A stretch of DNA of 61,711 nt, filler included, from Choristocarpus tenellus KU-1152 (Eukaryota > Protista > Phaeophyceae): NCBI GenBank assembly GCA_964200185.2. It is 12 parts of 12 records of this genome, joined end to end, with 100 filler letters (N's around TTAATTAATTAA, not from the genome) between each part and the next. Parts side by side here need not be neighbours in the genome. Positions count along the whole stretch, not along the records: positions 41,284 to 49,704 come from CAXNAD020004732.1; positions 49,805 to 52,666 come from CAXNAD020024135.1; positions 52,767 to 55,290 come from CAXNAD020027071.1; positions 55,391 to 61,711 come from CAXNAD020008397.1; 8 more parts are not named here. One strand, written 5' to 3'. Every line of letters starts with the position of its first letter. The first letter of the stretch is position 1. Below are positions 49,224 through 58,583 of this stretch, one piece after another. The translations under genes were made by a program, and so were the position numbers. Below the pieces are notes generated by a model. It ran no database searches. It saw only the letters and a program-made list of their open reading frames with translations, and was not told the DNA's origin.

Positions 49224-49945
49224 GTGAGTATCGTGGTTTGGTGCTGTTTGGGGGGGGGGAGGGAGGGAGGGAGATGTTAGATTTGTTTCGTTTCAGATTA
49301 AGGAATTGCAAAAAACTGTACTACGTGTCTGAAATGTTTGGGTTTAGGTTAGGGCCTGTTCTGGCTGATGCGGCACGGAAGTGTTTTGGGGGTTTCCACT
49401 GCTTGTTGTGGCGGTATCGTTCGTGGTAACAGTTGTCCCGAGAAATGTATTGGTAGGTTAGTTTTTATTGCTTTACGTATTTGAGTATTTGAGATGAGGG
49501 GAGGAGTGTGTTTTTCGGTCTTGCACTGGCTCTATGAATCTTTTGTTTTGGGGGGGATTAGCATCTGATACATTATGTTTTTTTTGTTTATATTTGTTTT
49601 GTTAGAAAAAGGGGGGGGGGGGGGGGTGGTTTCATAAATCACCCCCTCTTCCCTGCATGGAATGGTTCCACAGACCGGGAGTAGGTCTTTTTTTTGGGAT
49701 GGAANNNNNNNNNNNNNNNNNNNNNNNNNNNNNNNNNNNNNNNNNNNNTTAATTAATTAANNNNNNNNNNNNNNNNNNNNNNNNNNNNNNNNNNNNNNNN
49801 NNNNACCCTAATTACTACAAAACCGATATTGTACCCTATAAATTCTGTGCAGCTTTTTTCGGGCATACCCATGGGTGCACAAAATCGGGGTAGGTATTGT
49901 ATTTTTCTCCAGCGACAAATCATGACCAAATATCGATGAAAAGAA

Positions 49946-50018
49946 CAACCACGATGAGACTCGAACCCACAATCTCTGGCGTCGGAAGCCAGCGCCGTAT
50001 ACATTGGGCCACGCGGTT
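49946..50018 (-). tRNA. tRNA-Arg(CCG), possibly a decaying copy
   Basis: AACCGCG/CGTGGTT acceptor stem, CTGGC/GCCAG anticodon stem with loop TTCCGAC, GTTCGAGTC T-loop, and a downstream TTTT. The D-loop has GT instead of the invariant GG. Confidence 0.8.
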
Positions 50019-50936
50019 GCACCGCTGGAATTGCAAGAAAATATTCAATCCATAATAAGCTACTCCTATCCTCGATTCGACTCCTTACCACTTCAGCGTC
50101 AAGCCAACATCCTTTTCCCACCAAACCTTAATCCTTGTGATGTCACCACCATATTCCCTCACGAGGCAATGGTGCCATCGGGGCTCCCACTCAAAATGAT
50201 GCAGTCATCTACTACATATCCACTCAAACCCATGTGGTCACAAATCTACTCACAAATGATGCTGCCATTAGCATATCATTTGCATTGTGCATTTGAAATA
50301 GAAGCCACTTACACCGCCCAAACTTGACCTGCCAATGCATGGGTAACTTGCATAGCTCCTTGCCATTGCCTGTTGCCTCGGCTGGACCCAATCCTTTCTA
50401 TCTTTCGCCTACCCTACTGACACCTACATCAGGTCCCTCTGGTTTACCCGTACGTACACCATAAATGCCCTTGAGTTCTACTTCCTTTCCCTCTGATAAC
50501 AAGATCCGCCCCTCCACATATTCTAAACCAGTTAGCACGTTAGTTGCTGTTCACCGTCAGTAGTACTTGGATCTTCCTTCACCAATGCCCTCCCATGCCC
50601 CATTACTACTAGAGGCCATGCATTTACTACCATTCCCATACATTTAAGAACATAAAAAAACACTCTTGTTTCCCTTCACAGCGTGTATCTCTACATTGCT
50701 CCTATCATTATCTGGTAATTTATACTTCCACAATCTACTCAGGTCTAGGTTGTACCATCCTATATTGTTACAGCACGCTCCAAAAGCCTACCTCCACGGG
50801 GTGTATAGCTCCAATCTACAGGCCTATAGATGACGCCGATGCTTGTTCTGGACTCCTGGGATACTCCAACAGTCAAAAGGTCCAACATGAATGACGAAGA
50901 TCAGGTCCGCAGATAAAGGTACTCTTCTGAATCAAT

Positions 50937-51196
50937 GAATGAAAGAATTTTAGAGGGTACGAGTTTTGCCCTGTTTGTCCATTTGGGGTTTGGCTTCCCT
51001 CGGGTTTTTTTATGACATTTTCCTACTCCAAAATAATTTCGGAATAGCTAACATGTGTACGTTATGAAAAGGTGTGTCCGGAACAAGGATATCGACACTT
51101 CCTAACAAACACGATAGCCAGAATTACATCGAAATTGCAACATTGGATTTTGACCCCCAAATGGACGCGGCTCTACCCTCTAAGATACTTTGGCTC
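50937..51196 (-). mobile_element. MITE family A copy
   Basis: Full length; flanks share AAT. Confidence 0.88.
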
Positions 51197-51349
51197 AATA
51201 ATCACGTGTGTAAGAATTGGTGTCGGAAAGAGTGATGCGTTGATCTATTTTCTCGTCATCTACCATTTATTTGTTCTGGTTTACAAACATTGAAATGCAT
51301 ATGAAAAGCGTTTCATAAATTCCCGAGTTACAAATCTTACTCTGCAACT

Positions 51350-52000
51350 TTTAGCAAATCGGTTTTCTCCCTTTTGGGGTTCCACACGCATGCACACTGC
51401 TCGCGCTGGTTAGAGCACGGGAATAAATACTTGCATTATTCGCCTGTAACAGTATCACTGTGAAATCAAACAGCAGAGAAAAAGTTTTTACTAGCTGACG
51501 TATGTTGAAGTTCATCAAGGGGGTAGCCAGATTCTCCCCAATTTCCATCATTTTCCACTACAATACCCATCTCCACCAGAATACTTGTTCCGTTCGGAAC
51601 TAAATGTAACATAACGATTGTAGCCCCAATGAAGAAGCAAGATTTTTTCACATGTTGATATTTTAGGGTGTATTGTGCAGACACTAAAAGGTTGCACACC
51701 ATCAAAATCTCTAGAAAAATGGAATAGCCTATACCTATCTACGATTCCGCCATAGAGGCCCTTCAACTCTCCATTCCAGCACGGTATTTTGCTGCATCCA
51801 CTTGGACATTAGGGGGGAGTAGGCCCGCCTTCTCAGTCTTTTCTTGCTAAGATTGGGAATTCTGAAGACGTTCTCACCCTTGGACTCCAGCTCTTCATAT
51901 TTCATTCCGAAAGAGGTAAACCTGTTACAGGCGAATAGCGCGAGTATTTCTTTGCCAACATGCGCGAACAGCATACATATGTAAGAATTCATGCAAGAGG
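51350..52000 (-). mobile_element. Degenerate CACTA/EnSpm (Tnp2/Transposase_21-like) transposase remnant
   Basis: LFHFSRDFDGVQPFS resembles 'L.L..DG..PF', with downstream SILVEMGIV...YPLDELQ across frameshifts. Confidence 0.4.
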
Positions 52001-52146
52001 AACGTTGAATTGATAAGAGACGCGGAGTAAAACTTGAAATGCATACATAGTCGCACAGAATAGACGTTTATCCCTGGGAATACAGAAATGTTTTGTAATT
52101 TGAGTACGTAGACAACAGCTTGCAGATATCTCTTGGCTTAAGGTCT

Positions 52147-52567
52147 GAATGAAAGTATCTTAGAGGGTATGGGTTTTGCCCTGTTTGTCTGTTTGGGGCT
52201 TGGCTTACCACGGGCTTCTCATGACATTTTCCTACTCCAAAATGTTTTGGAGTAGGTAAAATGTATACGTTATGAAAAGGTGTATCCACAACAAGGATTT
52301 GACACTTCCTAACAAACACGATAGTCAAAATTACATCAAATCGGAGACCCAAAGTATCTGAGGGGGGGGGGTCTACACCAGAGTGTCCATTTGGGTCAAA
52401 ACCAGGAAAAGTGCAGTTACATTATCTATCCGACGTATGCAACCAAATTCCCCAAAAAACGCAAAATGAAACAATTGACCCCAAATGGACAACCGCCACC
52501 CCCCCCCAGATATATTGGATTTTTTCCCCAAATGGACGCGGCTCTACCCTCTAAGATAATTTGAATC
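52147..52567 (-). mobile_element. MITE family A copy with a nested family B element (52346-52517)
   Basis: The A body breaks at ...TTACATCAAATCG and resumes at ATTGGATTTT...CCAAATGGACGCGGCTCTACCCTCTAAG; flanks share TCT. Confidence 0.85.
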
Positions 52568-52603
52568 TCTGAAGAAATCGGGTGAAGGATGATAATATGG
52601 GAA

Positions 52604-52666
52604 GACCCAAAGTATCTGGGGGGGGGGGGTAGTCTGCACCATGGTGTCAATTTGGGTCAAAACCTG
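52604..52666 (+). mobile_element. MITE family B copy truncated by the gap
   Basis: GACCCAAAGTATCT-Gn-TAGTCTGCACC...TTTGGGTCAAAACC. Confidence 0.8.
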
Positions 52667-52799
52667 NNNNNNNNNNNNNNNNNNNNNNNNNNNNNNNNNN
52701 NNNNNNNNNNTTAATTAATTAANNNNNNNNNNNNNNNNNNNNNNNNNNNNNNNNNNNNNNNNNNNNGTCCTTACAGGTGCCCATCTGGGATTGTGCTAC

Positions 52800-54300
52800 C
52801 TCGTCAATCAGTGCCTGAGTTTGGTGGACGTGGTAAACACTCTGTGCGCGGGTAGAGGATCCCACTCCTGATGACGAGATGTATTTAGCACTCCTACCGA
52901 GATTGTTGTTGGAGCAAGAGGAGAACATTGGACTGTGGTACAATGACCCCATCCCTCATGCTCCCTGTGTTTTGTGTTAAAGTATAGTCAACCCCGCAAA
53001 ATTAGTTGCCGTAGATGTTGTACAAGTAATAAAAATCATCCTTAATAAGATGGAAAATAAGAAGATTGTGGTGTTGTACAAGAAATACAAAGCATCCTTA
53101 ATAAGGTGGAAAAGAAGAAGATTGTGGTGATGAGAAGTGAGAGGGTGCCATACACCGTTGTTGATATACCTTTGATCGAAAGAAGCGATGCACTGAAGTA
53201 CAGATCAAGGGTGATGTGGTAGTTGGGAGGGAGGACTCTTGAAGATTATAATTGCTCGTAGTCTTGTGAAAGGAATAGGTTGACACAGAGTCGTGAAGCA
53301 CACGTCTTATTTCCAATGTGGTGGATCTGAAGATGTGCTCTGAGAATAAGTCTGGTTATCTGAACGGAATGAAGGACCAAACTTGATGAATCAGACGGTA
53401 TGCTCTGAGGAGAGGCTTGTTTGCTTGTGGGTGATAGGCACGGATGCATTGACTCGTGAGCATGTAATACCCATGTGTCTGTTGTGGCGTACACTAGAGG
53501 TAGAGTAAACTCAAGGTAGCAAGGTGTGCGTCTGCTTTTTGCACCTCTCGAACACGTGACCACCTGCCATATATATATGAAAAGAACAAACAAGCCTCAG
53601 ATCTCTATACAACAGAAAGAAGTGCGTTCAAATCTAGAGCAACGGCTGTGAGCCAAAGTGGTCGTTTTCGTGTGAAGTGCGTGTGCTAGGTACAGGTACA
53701 GGTCCACAAATAGGAAGGACAACAAACTAAAGAGTAAACACAAGTCATGAGTTTGTACGTACGCTACGAATCTGAGTAAGTCAGGTAGGTGTTGAAGTGT
53801 CTGCATAGTCACCCCGTGATTGGATGTTATCGTGATACAGGACAGTCACAACCAGGAGGGGATACTGCGCTATAGCCACAACATGTCAAGTGGGGTAGCC
53901 TACGTTTCATTAACCATAGGTTGTGGGGGGAGTGCAGGATTGAATGGTGATGGCCGTAAAATTCGGCTAGCATGAACGCCCTGGAAGGCGGGTAGGGAGA
54001 AGTTCCCAGGAATCAATGTGTAGTGCGGCCTCCCATGACTTCAGATGATGTCGAGTGGCTAACAAGGAGGGGGGGTATGTACCAAATAAGGTTGTACAAT
54101 GCACGCTTCTACTCAAATTGTACCTGTGCCGTGTGCAAGAAAAGGTTGGTGATTTTCGGACACCACAGCCACAGGCAAGCAGGTTACTTCATCTTGTATG
54201 CTTTTATGCAGTTGATTATTTCTTGGGTTAACCCAGAAAATATCATACTGGATGCTCTGGTGTGCACAATGATACTTCAAGGGAGGGGAATGTGTGAGTC
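52800..54300 (-). mobile_element. Degenerate Ty3/Gypsy pol remnant
   Basis: AYHPQAN (integrase) near 53425 and ITITSNH (RNase H 'I.TDH'-like) near 53825, in Gypsy order. Heavily decayed; bounds approximate. Confidence 0.45.
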
Positions 54301-54349
54301 AACCTGACCTGGATAAGAAAATGTGGTTGAATGCTTTGAACTTCTCTCT

Positions 54350-54606
54350 GAACAAAAGTATCCTAGAGGGTAGAGCCGCGTCCATTTGGGGGTCAAAATC
54401 CAATGTTGCGATTTCGATGTAATTTTGGCTATCACGTTTGTTAGGAAGTGTCGATGTCCTTGTTTCGGACACACTTATTAATAACGTAAACATTCGACCC
54501 ACTCCGAAATATTTTGCAGTAGGAAATGTCGTAAAAACCCCAAGGGAAGTCAAGCCCCAAATGGACAAAGATGGCAAAATTCGTACACTCTAATATACTT
54601 TCACTC
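54350..54606 (+). mobile_element. MITE family A copy
   Basis: Full length; flanks share TCT. Confidence 0.88.
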
Positions 54607-54723
54607 TCTTTCAGGAGCGGGTGCTATGTTTTTTTCTATATTCCACCTTCATTTCTGGTGGAATGTCACGGTTTGGTAACACGATGGACAGTGCATTTCA
54701 CCTTTCTAGGCTATATATGCTAT

Positions 54724-54979
54724 CAGTGAAAGCATCTTAGAAGGTTCGAGGTTTGCCCAGTTTATCCATTTGGGGCTTGCTTCCCGTAGATATTTTATGC
54801 CATTTACCTACTCAAAAATATTTTGGAGTAGGATAAATGTGTAGGACTATGAAAGGTGTGTCCGCAACAAGGATATTGACACTTCCTAACAAACGAGATA
54901 GTCAAAATTACATCAAAATCGCAACATTGGAGTTTGGGATTAAATGGGCGCGGCTCTACCCTCTAAGATACTTTGACTC
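54724..54979 (-). mobile_element. MITE family A copy
   Basis: Full length, opposite orientation; flanks CTAT/TTAT. Confidence 0.85.
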
Positions 54980-55186
54980 TTATAGGACGTTCATTGAAGC
55001 GCTTAATGTCAGCACATTGATTCTTCCATCTGCTGGTGTACAGGTGAGCACGTGCGTTCCTTATGATGGCGAGGAAGGAGTTTGAGGTTGGACAAGACAT
55101 TAATGTACATGGGATATTCGCATATTTCGCAACGGAACAAAAAGTAGTAGTGTGTATGATCTATATTGTGAAAGTCTTGAACTTTT

Positions 55187-55290
55187 GACCTAAAGTATCT
55201 GGGAGGGGGGGGGGGGGCCTAAACAAGGGGGCCCATTTGGGTCAAAAACAGGAAAAGGGCATTTACAGTAACACTCCGACGCGTACAACC
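55187..55290 (+). mobile_element. MITE family B copy truncated by the gap
   Basis: GACCTAAAGTATCTGGGA-Gn...CCCATTTGGGTCAAAA. Confidence 0.78.
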
Positions 55291-57180
55291 NNNNNNNNNN
55301 NNNNNNNNNNNNNNNNNNNNNNNNNNNNNNNNNNTTAATTAATTAANNNNNNNNNNNNNNNNNNNNNNNNNNNNNNNNNNNNNNNNNNNNCCCCCCACAC
55401 ACACACATGCACACCAGTGCCCAGAACAGCAGTCAACAATCAACAACACAATGCACCAGTAAATTGCAAAATGCCAAAGCATGCCAAGGTGAGAGAAGTG
55501 TCCATCCACACCATGTACAGTCAGTAGGAGGGATGGCAAAGGCAAAAGAGAACGAAAGATGGGAAGTCAGAGATTTTCACAGAAACTGGGGAGACTGTAG
55601 GACTAAAATTCAGTTTCCCTCTTTAGTCAGTTTTACAACACAGGCAGTCTGATGCTGCGGTTTATCATAGGGCAGAGTTTCCAGGCAACAATTCAGTTGG
55701 AGTACATGCCATGGGAGTGGAGTGGGCCAGAGACGGTTTCGTGTTTCAAGCAGAGCATCAGAGAAGGGTGCAGGACTTGATGGGGGACAGCAAGGACTTA
55801 CATGAAGTTGTACGATCACTGCTAGCAACTTATCCATAGCTGAGTATTTCAGAGTATTCAAAGTAGTTGAAAACAATATATTTTTTCTTTTGTATAAAGA
55901 GGGTTTAATTCTCTCAATGCATTTCCTATTTCAACTATTGATTAGTATTAGATGTTGCTAGCCCCCAACAAGATTGCCCATTCTTACCCAAGCTTGCTGT
56001 CACAATGAGTAGACACTATTCCATCACCACAAACATAAGATGTCATGATCCACCACCTAACTCTGGAATATAATCCCATATGTGTAACCAATAGACACCT
56101 TCCCTTCCTCTCTGCAAAACAAGCTGGCATAGAGACAAACTTCTTCAAGTGCCAACAGAGCACTTGCATGCTCATGACATGCCACAAAATTAGGTCTCAT
56201 TTCAAAAAGGTTCCACCAGTGATAATCTACAGTATGCACGAGAAATTCTATTTCAGTTCTATCTTACAGAACAACTCAGAGGCCAAAAAAAAACGGTTTC
56301 CTGGGAATGTCACTCTGGGTTTCAATGAGCAACACTGAGTTCAAAAGAGAGGTATTTGACCCCTTGCAAAAAGCATACTACCTACAGCACTATCAGAAAA
56401 CAAAGACAGGGTATCCAGGTATGGAACATGGAATAGGGTACACCAGTTGCCACATTAGTGAGGTGGGACATCAAGAAGGACAAGTTGTGCATCAAAATCT
56501 TGCAGGACAAAGCAACAAGTCCCATCATCGGAATTGCATCAATAGCACCAAGCGAAAAAACAGTAGCAAAAGCTATTTCTCCTCCCTAACCCTACGCACA
56601 CTGTGCACTTACTCCCGATATAGACAACCTCAACAGTAAGAAATTTGTAAAAAAAAACCCTGAATAATCTGATCAACTGTAGGCTTAACAAACTGTGGCC
56701 ACAGTATACAACCCAGTAAGTGTGAATTTACGGTGAATCCGCAGTTATACGAACAAAAGACCTGCACCTGACAAGGAGTTCACAACTCTTTGGAGTCATT
56801 GATGAATGTGGCAAGGATTAGGGCACTGGTGACTGGTCATAAAGGACACCAAAAATGTCAGATCAATCGCTTCTGTTGAACTGGGATTGTTTCATTTCAT
56901 AATCAATACTGCGGGCAGTTGACAACCAGGTGCGGCCTATCTGTGTTAGCAAGAATGAGCCACCCCGTCATCCAGATGTTCTTTCCTGTCAGTCACCTAA
57001 GTGACCGTCCTAGAAGCTTAAGAAACGTGTAGTGCTGATATTATAAAAATGCAGCAATTCTGTGCAAGCAAAGTGAAGCAATCTGTGTAGTGGAACCATT
57101 AACCAAGAACACCATTCAGTACTATCACAGTAGAGTAGTGTAGTGGTACCCCTCATCTACTCCCCTCATGTGGTGCTCAC

Positions 57181-58338
57181 CACATATTGTTCAACTTCGT
57201 GCGTGCAAAGATACGGAAGGAGGGCATCCCACTTTCCATCATCTCCTTTTGTTGCCGGTACATTGCGTCCTGTATGCAACGATAGAAGAAAATTGAAAAA
57301 ATCAGAACCAAGAGCGTCAAACTGCAGTGGTGTGTGCCAAAGGGATCGACCATGAAAATAAAAAATCGGAGAATAAAGTGAATATCTTCCTCTCATCTGT
57401 TCACTCATGATGATGCTTATTGTTGACAAACAACAGGTGATACATGTGTATATTTCACATAATGCACTCGTCTAAATTAAGAATTTAGACAAACACTGTT
57501 ACTCCTGGTTGTAGCAGTAATATTCTTGTAAATGAAATATGGACGCAGGGTTAACGCACTCAGCCAAAACTTTAACTAACGAAACTATCGAAGGGACAAC
57601 CCCCAGTACGGTCATCACTTGTGGTTATGGACAACGACCGGGATTGTTATTCGTTCTCTTAGCTACTACTGACCTGCTGCATCTTCTGTTGGTAACCCCC
57701 TCTTTGGTTGATAGGGACATTAGGCTTACCCTTTCGTTTCATTTCCACACCAGCGACGCCCCTTCGTCGGGGCTGTAAGAAAACGAGGATATCGCGAGCA
57801 AAGGTGTATTTGTATATGTATATGTATGTGTGTTTGTGTTTATGTGTGTGTAAGTGTTGTCTGCGTGTGCGAGAGGGTAAGTAAGCGAATGAGTGTCAGT
57901 CTCAAAACCATTGCATGTTATGAGGGCTCGTAGTCGGCAGGAGGGGACGTGTCTTCAACCGAAGACGCCATATATACTTTTGGGTTCGAATTCTTCCTGA
58001 TCTCGGGTAAGGCACATCCGTGAAAGGGGTGAGAGTATCAAATGAAAATGTCTTACGGATGCAATGCCACCAACTCCTCTGTTCCTAAGAAGGAGAGCTG
58101 GCTCTTTCCAGCTTGATCATGTGGTGAATCATCTCTTGATCAGCATAAAGTGGGCAAGGCACCAACGCCAATTTTCCACACTCATATCAAGCAACATGCA
58201 TGAAATGCTCACCGTGCTTACGGTAGCAGCATTCAGCCTGGCGCGAGTGGAGAATGAGGATGAGTGGGGAGGAATGGTAAATGCCATTCCTGACGCGGCA
58301 CATGCGGCCAAGACCAAAGAAAAAACGATTGCCCTCAT
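57181..58338 (-). CDS. HHL1: Plastid-targeted HHL1-like (DUF6523-type) protein, 3'-partial; exons 58338-~58213/58222, 57772-57674, 57269-57181
   Basis: Signal peptide MRAIVFSLVLAACAASGMA-FTIP plus an S/R-rich transit peptide, then MKRKGKPNVPINQRGGYQQKMQQ|DAMYRQQKEMMESGMPSFRIFARTKLNNMW. This resembles HHL1 'G.P.F.IF.R....W(YP)'. Phases are compatible. Confidence 0.7.
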
Positions 58339-58583
58339 CGTATCGCCACTCCAAAGGAAAATAATCAAGAATGGGTGGCCCAAGAGAAAGTCTAGATGCG
58401 ACAGTTTCTCTCTGTATCTGGTATTGGATGGTTCAACTTCAGGTCAGGAAAACTATGAGTAAGAGGAATGAATGCATTTTGATGGAGGCGTGTGTACGTT
58501 TGTCATATTTCTTTTTTGGTTGGTAAAGTAGGATATAGGCATCTTACCACTGTTCCTGGAGTCACCAAGTTTTGCTAACCAGA
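58339..58583. promoter_or_regulatory. Probable bidirectional promoter
   Basis: Only 245 bp between divergent ATGs. Confidence 0.55.

Noticed and set aside
55600-56640. Possible decayed transposase in the HHL1-like intron (similar doubt for 45900-46560, 60050-60600 and 41700-41950)
   Set aside because: Looks like eroded coding DNA, but no motif is strong enough to name.
58054-58110. Extra small exon in the HHL1-like gene
   Set aside because: It has a GTAAG donor, but I found no acceptor giving a phase compatible with both neighbours; exon 1 joins 57772 directly in frame.
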